Of a stretch of 64,000 nt of DNA, positions 39,001 through 54,344 are shown in pieces (the stretch's first letter is position 1; every line of letters begins with the position of its first letter). A program made the position numbers and the translations under genes. The notes under the pieces are model-generated. The model worked only from the letters and a program-made list of their open reading frames with translations, did not search any database and had not been told where the DNA came from. Source of the stretch: the human T2T-CHM13v2.0 reference genome, Homo sapiens; the NCBI RefSeq assembly GCF_009914755.1, contig NC_060926.1. One strand, given 5' to 3'.

Positions 39001-42000
39001 CCTCATTTTTAGCAGAGGGTGACTAGAATTGCATCAGATCTCCTTGGAATCAGAAATGTCTTTAGCCTCCATTTTCTTCTTTTCTGCCCTGGTGTTGACC
39101 AGAACGTAAGAGACCAGCCATTTCTATAATTGTTCTCTCACTTGTTGTCCCAAAGCATTGAGCATAAAAAAAAAATGAGCATTTATTATATTTGTGTGTT
39201 AAGCAGCAGGGTTTTGGCATTCAGACTTAATGCTTTCTTTAGGAAAAATAATTATAATTATTATTCTGTTTCAGGAACATCATTCTGTGTCAGTAAGGTT
39301 AAACTCTCAAAACTGCATTTTCTAAGCATTTTTACATTTACTGAGTGCCTACTGCATGCACTGAAGCATCATGAAAATCAGGAAAATGTTAAAGGGGGCA
39401 GGTTTTATCCCCCCCACTACAAGTTTAAGTAACTCAAAGCACTTAATGCAGGGATCTTGTTTATCCTCAGAAAATCCCAGAAGAATGTCAAATCCTGTTT
39501 CCTGCACTAACAGTGGCTGCTACTGCTGTTGTCTCTTTTTTTCTTTACTCTGCAGAAGAAACAAAAGCACAGTGAGATTAAATTGCATACTCAAAATGCT
39601 GCAGTGAATCAATGGAGAAAGACTGGCCAAGACCAGTGATTCAGAAGCTAATCCTCAATCTGTAGCTCCTGCCTCATTCTGCCCTTTCCCTGTTTTATTG
39701 GAGTTATGCTGATGTAGGCTTTAATTAGACAGAAATATTAACTTTACTATTGATAATCAGTAGGTACCAAATCTTCATCAAATCTTCATTCCTCATACTA
39801 ATGGTAATCACAGAAATGGGGTGAGAAAGTGGTGGGCAGATTTGTATATATCAAAATACTCTTTCCCAGTGAGAAAATGACCCTCTGGAAACTAACATCA
39901 TTAAATGACAGGTTTCACATTTTAGCCAGAAAAGAAGCTATGTTTCCGTTTTTTTTCCTGTTCTTTTTTAAATAATAGGAAATGCTTTTATTAGGATACA
40001 AAAATTACTATTACCATACTTCCTAAGTGGCTGAAGTAATCATTCTGATGAGTCTGAAAATAGACTGTTAGAGAGAGATGCTTTGGATATTGAAGGCACA
40101 TGTTGGCATGAAACTTAAGATTTTTTGTCTCCATAACAAATTTGAAAAAATAAAAATGATGACTCGAAAGATGACAGAGTCGTAGACACTAAAGATGAAA
40201 AGACCTATAAGTCATCTCATCTACCCCTTGCTCATGCAGTTCTTTAGAGCATATTTGTCCATTGAAGTTTAACACCATTCTAGAATTGTGTCTTTTACTT
40301 CTGAGCAGACATTTCTGTATCAGTTTCAGGAGAACAATCTTAAATCTTGACTTGCTAACCTGCCCTGGCCATAGCCCTGTACACAACAACCCAGCTAAGT
40401 AAAGGTCTTTCTCCCAACCCCCTTTCATGACCATTATGTCCTTGAAATTTTGTGCTTACAAAATTCTCTTCTAACTTCAAAGTGTACGACAGTCCTATGG
40501 AGTTGGGTCATGATTTGGCCACTCTATTAAGTTGTTTTAATCCAGTCTCATAAATCAATCTCTTTAGCTCCTATATCATGGTGGTGGCTGTTTTGTGACA
40601 TCCTCTAATTTTTTGACATGATTCTCATACTGAAGTCTCTCGAGCCCAAGTAGATTTCAAGGTGAGGAATGTGTCTTGACAAGCATAAAGTCATCATAAA
40701 CTCCCATGATTTTGCAGGTATTAATATACCCAGGAGTAGAAAGTGAAAGCTTTTGAATTGAAAGGGGCAAAGAAAGTCTCATATATAGTATTTTGCTGAC
40801 TCTTTATCCTATACAGTGCATTTGCTACAGAAAGCATCCCCTGCCTACACCATCTACAATAATATACAGTGTGGCTGGAAAAGACAGGAAAAGTCAGTTT
40901 GTATCAGAGCAGTTAACTTGGCTTCCACAATTCCTCCCCTGCTGCTCTCCTAGTCCCACTTCAGCTGTATTTCACTCCATTAACTACAGCAATGGGTATT
41001 TGCTCTCCTCTCAGTAAATGTGTGTGGGTGTGTATCTGTGTTTGTATTTGAAAAGAGTTTATGGAGACAACTCCAAATAGCTCCAAAAGTGATTGCACAA
41101 TTAAAGAAACTACTTTCCTGCTGTTGATGGTTATTTCTTAAAACATCGTCTGTCAGGCTAGCTACTGAGATTGATGTTCTGAATATATTTTTCTTTTTAA
41201 ACCATAAGGAACTAACTTCTTCATGTCTTTGCCCTAACTTCATCACGCTTTTCCTCAATCTTTCTTGTGGTCTGATTGTGAGATTAATTCCCAAAGGACT
41301 ATCAACATCCACTGTGGATGTTAAAGAAACGGGTTCAGGTTCAGGTCTGGTAAGGTTTTGAACTCTCTGCAGACTATTCCAGGCACTTTGAACTTAAGTT
41401 TTGAATTTTTCTATTAGCTAGTGGAAATGGTAAAATAAGCTCAAACACAGTGACTTCCAACTGCGGCAAGCTTAGCACAAATCTGCTCTGCTTACATGGG
41501 GGCAAAGGACAATTTGGGGTTTACCTGAGGGAGTTACTATAGTCACAGCATGTTTTAGTTTTTGTTGGAAAAAATAGTATTTTGGACACTGTCTTAATGC
41601 TAATAAACTGACATGTAGGTTAGATCAGTTCTCTTTTATACTGACATATATGACATGATGAGGATTCAGAAATTTTGTTTGAGAATATCCATTGTCATTA
41701 TTCAATAGCTGAAGAAATAGAGAAATAATAATATCTTTGTCAATTAAAATTTGGGGATAAACATTGAGAAAACCAGCATAGTTTCTTAAGCTACCATACA
41801 TATAGACGGCCAGGCCTAGGCTTTGTAAAATGTGCCTGAAATGTTCTCCTAAATGTCTCAAGAGGAAAAGATAAGTAGTGTACTGATGTCCAAATTTAAG
41901 AATTTTGTGGGAAATCTCTTTGACCAGAAAATGCCTCTCCTCTGTGCATCAGTTCCTACGGCATCCTTGATAGGGAAAAAGGCCTTATGTACCTTAAAAT

Positions 42001-42789
42001 TTATACTGCAAATACATCCAGCAATATTTTAGGTTATAATAAATTATAAGTGGTTGATCATTTATAATGTACAAGTTTTAATGAGGAAGTATATATATCC
42101 CCTAAGAGTAGACAAGAGGTGTCATTAAGACAGAAAGAAGACACCTAACCTACTGAGAACAAACTTCACATTTTTCTTAAGCATCTTCCTCTGATCAAAG
42201 ATTAGGTGGCCTTGGGCAAAAAATTACTCCTGCTCCTTAAACCTCAATCTCTGTGAAATATGAGGTTTAGAGATGATCTGTGTAGAAGTCTTTTATTTTT
42301 CCCTCAAAATGAAAACCACACATCCTTCAGGTAGCCATCTCCATCCTGTGGACTACAAGGATGACAGCCTAACCCAAGCTGACCAAATCTGAGTCTTTTT
42401 AGAAAGGTTCAATTTAAACAGAGACAGAGAGAAGTAGAGGAGAGTCAGCGGAGTCACTGTAAAGGAGTGGAGCCCCCACCGAGAAAGTACAGAGGTCCAC
42501 TGAGATGGAATTGCCACTGCTTCTGTCCTCCTGGAAATATGTAGCTTTGCAATTCCTTAAGTTGTGTTAGCTATCTCCGCAGTCTTCCAATAATCTCCTT
42601 CCTCCCTTTTAACTTAAATGCAGTGAGAATCCATTTCTGTTGCTTCCACCCAAACATTAATTGATGCAATCATCTTGTTGAAAAATACCTCGTCTGATGC
42701 AATGAGAAAAGCCTTGCCTCTATCCCTCTATTCTCAACTTTGGCTGCCTAATAGACTTACATGGGGAAAGATATATCAGAAGCAGACAA

Positions 42790-43200
42790 TATTGGGTTGG
42801 AATCCCAGCCATGCACCCTTAGTCAGGTCACTTATTCTGTCTGAACTTTAGTTTCTTTATCTGTTTTACAGAGATCCTCATATTCACCTTGCAGTGCCAG
42901 TAGGACTATTCATTGAAGATGGTGTCTCTGCATTAGGTCCCTTTATTTGTCCACCTTCTACCTCAGAGTCCAACTCACAGTAGATTAGTTCCAATGAATG
43001 GTGGTGGTAAGGAGTCAGACCTGGGTTTCAATTCAGGTTTACTTTTTCCTATCTCCTTAGCCCTCTTCAACTTTTTAAACTCAAAAATCTTCAGTTTCCA
43101 CATCTTTTAAAGAGGTGATGATAGGTACTCCATTTAAATGTTGCTGTGAATATTAAACAGTATGTTAACATGTAGAAACTGATATCATTACTGCTAACAC
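42790..43200 (+). mobile_element. Two adjacent MIR fragments (~42790-42900 and ~43010-43200)
   Basis: gggttggaatcccagc...ggtcacttattctgtctgaactttagtttctttatctgt; ggagtcagacctgggtttcaattc...cagtttccacatct. Confidence 0.6.
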
Positions 43201-43461
43201 TCATCAGTATTTGCTGAAACAATTGAAATTGAATTGTCCATTTTGAAAATTGGCTCCAAGGCTTTATCTCAACAAATATCTATGAAGTATTATGTATCAG
43301 GAACTATTCTGCACATATATTATCTTCATTTCATTGGAAAGATCATCTCTATTGATTATTCCCCTATCCCATATAGAGAAGATATTGATTATAGACTTCG
43401 AAAGGGTACATCTCACTGCAGTGTCTCTCTCCCAACCTGCCATAGTGGACTTCTGTCCTGA

Positions 43462-44347
<886 letters not shown>

Positions 44348-44470
44348 TCAATAACAAATTAATGACTGATGAATATATTTTTTGAGAGTGCTTAGTAGTT
44401 GATGGCTTATCAGTAGCTCGGGGCTATGAAATATAGATCTTTAGATCATAGGTCTTTCAATCTGTCTCAG

Positions 44471-44622
44471 AGAAAAAACAACATAGATGACGTTCTTTGC
44501 GTGATGGTATCTGGACAGAACCCAGCAGAAGGCGCAGAGAATAGACAGACCCTTGAAGAAAACAAATGTATGAGTGTGCTAATTGGTTACATCTGCCCCA
44601 GTGCTGGCAGGCACTGCAGAAG
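44471..44622 (+). other. Candidate exon (152 nt)
   Basis: tctttcaatctgtctcag| acceptor and consensus aag|gtgagt donor; no recognisable protein. Confidence 0.25.
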
Positions 44623-46282
44623 GTGAGTCTGCTGACGGTTTGAGGAGAAAATGCGGGGTCCCTGGCTTGATAAAAAACAATCCTAGTTCTTCTCTACAAT
44701 CCCCGTGGGGTTCGTTCACTTGGAAGAGTGACATCAGTGCATTCAATTGAAACTACCAGATTCAGTGAGACGTGCACTAGACACAAGTGGCAACCACATG
44801 TTTCCCCTTAGTGATGGTCCTGGCTGGTGACCAATTCCAGGGAAGTGTTTTGCAGGCTGGGAACTTGAAAGGCCAGAGTGGCAGCTATCTTTTTTATGTT
44901 TTTCATAACAATAATAGAACATTGTGAAGAAGCACAAGGGAGAAAGATGACTAGCAGGGCCCTTGCAAATAAAACCAAGAATCCCCGAAGATATTGAGGT
45001 TAACAAAGGAAAAATGCAGCTGTTGTGAATGTGGTTTGTGTTCAAATATTCAGCCTGGTGCAGAAGGGGATGCCTTCATTTAGCTATCACTGTCCCCGAG
45101 CAGAGGTGAGAGGGATGCTGTTAATAACAAAGGCAGTCCCTGATGATGGCAAGTCTAATTACAGGAGGAAAAAAAAAAAGCACAGGGGAAGAAAGGATCT
45201 GGTTTCCCCAAGACGTCATTTTATTACCAACCTGACATGGCAACTTTAAGGGTCATTTCTTTACAATCACTAAAATACCAAAACAATTGGGAAAATAGCA
45301 CAGAGACCATTGCCAAAGCCCCTGGTACTTCATTTCTGAAAACATTTTCCCACAATGGCAGCTTTTAAAAATTGTTTTTCCCCTTTTAATTAAAGAAACA
45401 ATTTTGTTACTCTGGATATCTGTAAATAGTCAACAGGATAAAAAGAAGAGGTGATGGGAGGAGAAAGGTAAAGAAGTAAACAGCCAAGCAAGTGAGTGAA
45501 GGAAAGCCAGATTTTAAAAGCATGAAGAAAGGAAAACATAATACCATTTTTTGGAGAAATTTTCAACATTAGTAAAATGTCCCACATGTATATTAAATTA
45601 TATTTTTCATGATCGAGCAGTAATCTTCTTTTAAAAAATGCCCACCTTAATTATTAAACATGCTAAAAAGGAAAATATAATGAGTTATAAATCTAGAGAA
45701 AGCCCTTTAGAAATATGACTGTTTTTCCTACAGCCTATTCTAGTTAAAATATTGATTATCATTACCATAATGTTATTATAATAATGGTGATATTATATAA
45801 AAATATGGTTATAATAATAATGGTTCTGAATATGTGGTATAATTCTAACTTTTTATTAATTCACATAGGGCTTAATTTCAATTAGTCTGAATTCATGAAG
45901 GTTTGCCATGTACATGGTGAAATATTTCAAAAAGGGGGACAAACTATAGGTTAAACATAGTATTTGGAACTATAGATATCCTCAAGATAGTAGATATGAA
46001 CTAGAGTTGCTTGTAATGCAAATTTCTGCATATCAAATCCTGTAATTTCATTTTTCTTTATAAAATCTGACATGCTACTTCTGAGAAAATTTGGACTCAC
46101 AGGACTTTAAAATCACATTTAATGCTACTGCAGCCTTTATTAGATGAACATGGAATAGCAAAGGGATATTTTTCTGATAAATAACAGCATTCAAATGACA
46201 TAATATGATATATATTTTAACTGCAAATTATTGAAATTGTGTTTTTTTTTCATGCATGCCTAAATGGTACCACAAAATGTGG

Positions 46283-46556
46283 GCATAGAAGTGAAAATCA
46301 TGGGTGGGTGTGGTGGTTCACATCTGTAATCCCAGCACTTCGGAAGGTCGAGACAGGAGGATTGCTTGAGCCCAGGAGTTCAAGACCAGCCCGGGCAACT
46401 TAGCAAGACCCTGTCTCTGTGGTGGCTCATGCCTATGTTCCCAGCTACTCAAGAGTCTGAGATGGGAGGATTGCTTGAGCCCAGGAGGTCAAGACTGTAG
46501 TGAGTTGTGATTGTGTCACTGCACTTCAGCCTGGTCAAGAGAATTAGACCCCATTC
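46283..46556 (+). mobile_element. AluJ lacking the central A-rich linker and the poly(A) tail
   Basis: Left arm ends gaccctgtctct and joins directly to gtggtggctcatgcc of the right arm. Confidence 0.88.
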
Positions 46557-46814
46557 TTAGGCAGTTGTCAATGGAGAGTGGGACCACTATCAGGAGAGGC
46601 AAAGTTTTCTTTCTCTAAGCATTTCAATGAAGTAAGTTTTAGATTTGCTTTATTTTCTCCCTGATGTTGATATTTCATTTCACTTCTGTACAATTAGACA
46701 ATTTATTCCTGCTATCAAGGTCCTATATGGAGAGAGCATATATTTTGGTTTGCAGAGCTTTAGAATTTTTCCAGTAAAAAGCTGATTTCCTATATGACTT
46801 TCCTACTGCCATTC

Positions 46815-47410
46815 TTGCCTCCTCTTCTCATTATTCTGCACAGTAGGGGCAGAATAATCTTTTAAAAATGGAAATGAGATCATGTGACTAGGACATGTAA
46901 AAATTCTTCCAGTGAGTTCTGATTGTACTCAGAATAAATTCCAAGTTTATCACCATGGCCAAATAAGCATGTTCCCCCAGCTTCACCCTACACCATTTGC
47001 CATTTCTCACACTGAGCCTCTGTCTTACTAAGCCCTTTTCTACCTCCAAGGTGGAGCTCTAATTTACCTTTCTGCCCGGAATGACCTTTCTTCTCCTTTA
47101 TCCTTTGAGTCCCACTTCAAATATCACCTCTTCAGAGAGACCTTCCCTGATTAAACTTCTAAAGCGCTTTCTTCAGTTACTGTGTCCTCCCCTAGTTATT
47201 TCCTCCAGTTGAACTCTTCACAGTCTGTAATTTTCTTGTTTAGTAATGTGTTTGCTTTATATCATCTGCTTCCTGCAAGCTGCTACAAGAATAAAGCTCC
47301 ATGAGATGAAGAACCTTGCCTGTTCTCTTTACTTCTAGATCCCTAGAACCTAGCATCGTGCTTGATATATAGTAGACGTTCAATGAGTAAATGAAAAAAT
47401 GAATGATGAG
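46815..47410 (+). mobile_element. L2 3' portion
   Basis: ttcaaatatcacctcttcagagagaccttccctga...aagctccatgag...cctagaacctagcatcgtgcttgatatatagtagacgttcaat. Confidence 0.85.
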
Positions 47411-47994
47411 AAAGCTTTGTCATGTCTTTATGAAATAACTGAGCTTCCAAAAAGGCAGAAGGGCATGAGTAAAGCTTCCTGAATACTGATTAGATCCTAG
47501 AGGCAGAGGGTTCCTGAAAGGGAATTTTATTTTTTACTAAAATTATTTTAAAATGTTAAACCTGAATCCTTTGCCTAATTTATGAGTGCTTTTTTGATGT
47601 GCTTGAGTTCTTTTATAACATAGATGTATATGTCTGTTGATTTTTAAATGGCCATATTCTTGACTCCATAAGTGCAGGGGACTTGGAGAATTGATAATAG
47701 AACTAATTTTACATCTGCAATTATTCATCAGTGGTACTGTCCATGAAAGGTTTGCTTATCAGATTTGGAATCCAGACCTTTACACAGAGTGGCATCAATG
47801 AACGTAATACATAAAAATTCCAATGTTACCTAGATATTTCTGGCAGCAACTTTTTATTGAGTGAGATTTTAGATATGGCAGGAGCAAAAACAATAATAAA
47901 TTATTGAAAATTTTAAAAATAGTTTTAAATGTTTTCATTGGATACATTGAGGTTTTGATGAACTGAGGTTTTGATGAGTCGAAATCTGAAAAAA

Positions 47995-48330
47995 CATCTC
48001 TGGATATCCCTCCTTCTCAGACTTCACCTTGTATGTCTTTTCATTTGGCTGGTCCTTACTTGTATCCTTTATAATAAAACTTTGATTTTAAGTATAGCAC
48101 TTTAGTGAGTTCTGTGAGTTGTTCTAGTGGATTATCAAACCTGAGGGGGTCATAGAAATCCCCAAATGTATAGCCAATTTATCAGAAGTATGAGTGTCCT
48201 GGGGACCCCCCAAAGTGAGACTGGTATCTGAAGTAAGGGAAGTCTTGTGGAGGATTGTGTTTTTCACTTGTGGCATCTCAGGCTAGCTCCAGGTGGTTAG
48301 CATCAGAATAGTATTGCGGACCACTAAATT
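47995..48330 (+). mobile_element. MER21-family LTR fragment
   Basis: ttgtatcctttataataaaac...tgagttctgtgagttgttctagtggattatcaaacctgagggggtc. Confidence 0.7.
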
Positions 48331-50930
48331 AGGGGTGAAACAGAACAGTTGCCTTTTCTTTCAATATCCTAAGCCTAATTTAAATTTCCCAATTTCTTCA
48401 TTCTTTATCTCTGCAAGAAGTTCAGGACCTTCTCCAGTTGAAAAATTGGAGGTACTTATGGCTGTTTGTCTTTTATCAACTTGAACTCATGTTCTCTGAT
48501 TAATTTTTATTCATTTGTTAATTCAACAGATTTTATTGACTACTTTGTTAAAACCAGGTATTGTTCATGATCCCAGTACTGGGGTATATCAGTGCATGAG
48601 ACTTGAATGGTTTCTGTTTTCGGAGCTCACAGCTTATTGGTATAGATCAAAACACTCTGATGAACAAATATTTGAGTAATTATATATTGTGTCCCTTTAT
48701 CCTTCTATGTTGTGTATTTTTCCTCAACAATTCACACCAAGCATGGCTATAGCTCTTTCTCCTTTATTTTCCAAGGTGCCACTAACAGAGTGCTTCTGTG
48801 ACTTCCAGATTTTTATTATTTCTTGGGGGATAATGCAAGGAAAATGCTGCACAGGATTAGAAACAACTTCATCCAACTATGAGACATCACTGTTTCTAAA
48901 ATTCCTATCATCACTACAGGGAGTCCATTTTGGACCTTCTTCCTCAAATCCCCAACATGCTGCCATGTTGCTGTGGTCTGCTCTCTCCTTTCAGAGAGTC
49001 TCACTTTTCTGCTTCCCTCATTAAACTTAAAAATTCCTGCTAACTTACTTTGAAGAGCTCCCTCCTATCTCAAACTCTTTCCTTCAGACAATGCCAAAGG
49101 AATGTGGTATAGCCCTCATAAAGTAGCAGTCTTCTTTCTATTACATGCCCCCACCACACACAAAACACAAAAATTTGTTCAGGGTGAAAAATAACATCAC
49201 AGTAGGAAAAATGTATTACAAATGTTAATGCTAAAGGCTCCATTTTCCTAAAAACACTTTTTTTTAGTTGTATTATTCTTTTTCTTTTGTCAAGCTTGAA
49301 GTATCTAAGATTGCTCAGAATATGTTCAGATTGATGTTTAGTCTACATATTTATTAATAGAGATGTAACTAATCATGTTGGCAAATATGGATTGTATTAG
49401 TTCTTTTTTTCTTTTACTTAACATAAGTTATTTAAACATTTATATTTATCAATACCTATCTATATCTATCTATATTTATATTGTGAGATTCCATGTGTGT
49501 GTATATTTGTGTATATATGTGCCTGTGCCTATGCATATATATATTATTGATATTGATATGTCAATAATATATAATATTGAGTAATATATGATATTGAGAA
49601 AGCAAAAAGAAAAGGTCTTTGGCATAGCATTAGTTCATTGTTTTCCTCAGCTAGGCATTGGTTACTTCTATATGTAAAATCATTTAAACCATCTGTTTTT
49701 CCTAAATGACCAGTCAAATAAATGATTTAAATATTTATGTTTTTGGAGAAATAAACTATTGTTTGCCTTTTAGTTGGCCAATTAATATTCTTTAATATAG
49801 TTATAGCTATTTCCTTAATATTCTCCCTACCAAGTACACTTCCTATTGAGATGACGTCAAAGGACTTTGCAGTGCGGACAGACCCATAAATCTACCTAGT
49901 TTCAAACTGAGATGAAGATCTCCGAACTCAAATTCAGTATAGGTCATGAACAGTGCAATGAATCACATTCTCCAAAGGCATTTGACCTGACTGCAAATTA
50001 TTTCCATGTTTTGTAGATGCAACAGACTGTATAAGGAAACTTTGTCCCCTTTGCCTGTAATCCCTGCGAGATGATGTATGACCATCCTGAGCACATGTAG
50101 TATGTAGAATACCAGATCCTGACCTGAATATCATCTCCTGGACTACAATGAGTCCACTTTTGTCTGATCTATATGAAAGACTACTTTCAGTTTTCAAGAG
50201 TATTTTTAATATGCCTAATATATGCCAGTCACTTCACTGGAAAGATTGAGAGGAAAAATATCATCACTGGCTCTTAAGTAGCCAGTAGAAAACAACAAAT
50301 AACAGAGACAAGAACTCATGCAGTATTTAGGAATTCTCTTCTGTTTTGTTGGAAGTGGCTGAATAGTCACAGCCTCATTGCAGTTCCTGTCCAGTGTGAT
50401 GCTCTAACAAAGTTGGTTGACAGGCACTGCTTAGCTATTATTACACAGAGCAAACAACATTTTTTAAAGCTATCAGTTTCCTGTTTTTAAAGAAATCACA
50501 GAGCTTGTATAGGGAGAGATAGAGGCTTGACATTGGATAAGGCTTTAATGCCAAAAAATGAAATACTAATGTAGACCAAAATAAACCACTATAAAATCTG
50601 CCTGTCAGAATAGGAGTTAGGTTTGGGCTCTGTAGACATAGAACTAGCCTTTAAATGTTTTCTCCTACACAGACACTGACAAAAGCCGCTAACAGCTGTG
50701 GAGCCAGTACCAAACGAATCTGATTTTGGAATCAGACCATCAAATATTTCCAAAAGAATTTGATTTATTAAAGTTAAATTATAGCTATATCTGATTTTCT
50801 TGTTAATGTGCAAATGGGGACAAGATGTCATTTCCCACCACACTCTTTCCATTTATGTAGTTTAAATGCACTTCAAGGCAGAGAATCTTTAAATGAGAGA
50901 CCAAGCTTGACTGACTTTGGTATGTAATTA

Positions 50931-51170
50931 ATTTTATTTCTTAGAGAGGGTCTCTGTCACCCAGGCTGGAGTACAGTGGTGCAATCTAGGCTCACTGCAG
51001 CCTCAACCTTCCAGGCACAAGTGATCCTCCTGCCTCAGCCTTCTAAGTAGTTGACAGTCACATGCCACCACACCCAGCTAATTTTTGTATTTTTTGTAGA
51101 GATGGGGTTCCATCATGATGCCCAGACTGGTCTTGAACTCCTGAGCTCAAGCTATCCACCCACCTTGGCT
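50931..51170 (-). mobile_element. 5'-truncated AluJ
   Basis: J-type body; TSD tggtatgta(a/t)tta at ~50918 and ~51175. Confidence 0.9.
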
Positions 51171-52157
51171 GAAATGGTATGTATTTATTTACGTATCAAT
51201 TAAAAGAAAGTACAAAATGGATGGTGAATTACTCCACTATTCCATTTCTGGAAAATGAATTTTTATTTATTTTTACTTAAATCAGTTAATGAGAGACATG
51301 AGGTTTAGAAAAGGAAATATTTGATTTGGACAGCTTTTCTGAGACATTCAAAGATCAGGGGAAAATATCATCCTGCTTCAGCCCCCTGATGTGTCTGCAG
51401 CTTGAACACAATGCACAAAACTAAGGACAATTGGGTTCTCATTCTGTTTGGGTCATTAGCTAGCTGAGTCACCTTGAGGAAGATCTTGAGTATGTCTGCG
51501 CTTCTGATTTTTATTGGAGAAGGGGTTCAGTATATTGTTTTCAGTTGCACTTTAAGGGGGTCCAAAGAGAGTTTTCATAAATGTTCAAGGACATAAGCCA
51601 GAAGGCAGGGTTCCCCCAATCCCACTTTAGCCACAGCAGCCCCGCGTCTCTCAGAATCATTTATCTTGACTTCCAAATAAGATTTCATTTGGTAGGTGTT
51701 AGTTTTTGACACCAAAAAAATAATTAGAATAGCACTGGCTTGGGATGATTTCTTTCTCCTACCCTCCCTCTTTTGTCTCTAGCTCCTTTATCCATTTCCC
51801 AAGCAATTCATCTTGCCTCCCTTTCTGGTAAAAGACTTGAGCTGGGTAAAATTAAACTGAGTAGGTGGGTTTCCCTTAAGACACGATCCAGATTTCACTT
51901 GCGTAGGAAGTCATGAAAAGCTGTCCAACTCTTGGAAAAGAATTGTTAAATGCAATAAGATAGCTTTAGAGATTTTATAGTGGCTTATTTTAGTCTACAT
52001 TAGTAATTCATTTTTTTTTGGCATATCAGCCCCCACTAATGTCAAGTTGTGCTCTGGGAATTTTGCAAAATAGCTCACACTTAAGCATATTTTCCAGCTC
52101 TCATAGTGATATAGAACATTTGTGTAGGCTTTTGTCCAGTCATATACACAACTGAAA

Positions 52158-52159
<2 letters not shown>

Positions 52160-52232
<73 letters not shown>
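52160..52232. repeat. (TA)20 + T32 tract with no attached SINE
   Basis: Read directly. Confidence 0.95.
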
Positions 52233-52236
<4 letters not shown>

Positions 52237-52279
52237 CCTTAAGTATGATTAACTCTCTCCCTGCTGACAGATACAGGGC

Positions 52280-52750
52280 CCATTTTCGACTTCATCTTCT
52301 TCCAACTTTCTAAGTATATGTCTATGATGGCTGTCTATCATTGATGTAACATCTCATGGGATTACAATTTCCTGATTTTCTTCTTTCTTCACTGGCTGGT
52401 TCTTCTGCTTTCAGTATGACCATTAGATGCTTCAAATTATTTTATTTATTTCCTCTGATCACAGATTCCCTTTAACCTCTGTTCCCTAGCTTCTTTATTA
52501 ATTCCTTGCATCACTTTATCTCTGTATAGATGATACCCAGATCCACACTCTAGCCCTATCTTCTTGTCTAGGTTCTAAAGCCTATTTCCATCTGGCTCCA
52601 GGGTCTTATCACATAGATGTTACACCCATACCTCAAATTCACCTGTCTGAAGCTAAATTCACTATTCTCCACTCCCCAACCACATACTACTTCTTCCCCT
52701 CTCATTCAGTCTATGTAAGTCAATCAGCAGTACCACAGGTTTTCAAATGT
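52280..52750 (+). mobile_element. L2 fragment
   Basis: tctgtatagatgatacccagatcc...tctagccc...cctcaaattcacctgtctgaagctaaattcact. Confidence 0.6.
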
Positions 52751-53243
52751 CCTTTGTTCCTAGGAAATCAGTTTTTAGACTGTTTTCTCTAAAAGCTATT
52801 ACTCTCTTATTCAAATTTAATAAAATGAACTAATAAAGATGCTAGTATAATAGTTCTAGTTGAAACAATGATCGAAGGCTCCTTTTCTACTGACATTTTT
52901 CCTTCCTTCCTTCCTTTGTTCCACATCCCTGGAATTGGAGAAAAGTTTGGAGCCAACTGCCTTAAAATTCATAATTGGCTGCTGTTTTCCTTCACCTTCT
53001 TTTTCTACTTTGTCACCAAGTTTCATTTTTTTTCCCTGTAGCCTCTGGAGGGATTTTGTTTGTTTTCTTTTATTTTAATCACATTCTCCATCCTTACCCT
53101 GTTAATTCTCCTTGGTAACACTATTTTCCAGATTCCTATAGCACTTTGTTATTTTATACAGATTGCCACTTCATTGTTGTCAAATTAGATTTTGAATGGA
53201 TTAATTTTGTCTTCATGAAGTAGTTTAAGGAGTTATTTTTCTA

Positions 53244-53291
53244 ATCCATCCATCCATCCATCCATCCATCCATCCATCCATCCATCCATCC
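53244..53291. repeat. (ATCC)n tetranucleotide repeat, ~12 units
   Basis: Read directly. Confidence 0.95.
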
Positions 53292-53567
53292 CTCATCTCT
53301 TCCTTCATTTAGAGAATTTATTGAATCTACCATAAGCTAGGCACTTTGCTAAGCACTGAAAAGATAACTGTACCTAAAGTAAGTAAAATTTATGCTCCCA
53401 TGGTAATATTCTGGGTTCCCTAACTGTAACAAATCTTGTATTTGGAACACAGAAAATATGCATTTAACACTTGCTAATGAGTTGAAAAGAAACTGAGCAA
53501 AAATTTTTCTGTTTCTGCAAAATCAGGGTTTTAAAATTTTTCTTCTCACGGCCAGTTAAGTCTAAGG

Positions 53568-53814
53568 CAGTGGTTCTCAACTAGTTTGTTTTATTGGCTC
53601 CTTCCCCATCTTCACTCCCACAAGGGGTGACATTTGGTCATGTCTGGAGACATTCTTGTTACAACTGGAACTTGGGATGGGGAGGAGGGAGGCTACTGTC
53701 ATCTAGTGCATAGAGGCCAGGGGTGCTGCTTAACATCTTACAATGCACAGACACCCCACTACAATAAAAAATTATCCAACCAAAAATGTCAGTAGTGCCA
53801 AGATAGAGATACTA
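53568..53814 (+). mobile_element. MER20 (hAT-Charlie)
   Basis: cagtggttctcaac...gacatttggtcatgtctggagacatt...catctagtgcatagaggccagggg...aaaatgtcagtagtgccaag. Confidence 0.88.
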
Positions 53815-53831
53815 GTATAAGATATTGAGTT

Positions 53832-54139
<308 letters not shown>

Positions 54140-54344
54140 AAGATATTGAGTTCACATAAATTAATTTTCTTAAACAAACTATGTTATTTTTTCCATTCAT
54201 GATGTTCTCTTAATTTTTTATTCTTAGCCAAAAATCATGACATAGTTTTTTTTAATGCCATACTTTGAATTTCTTTACTCTTAAATCTAGGCACTGCTGA
54301 AATTATTACTCATCAAGCATATAAAAAATAACATTATTTTGAAT

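Noticed and set aside
49852-49859. Perfect CRE palindrome TGACGTCA
   Set aside because: Single 8-mer with no supporting cluster
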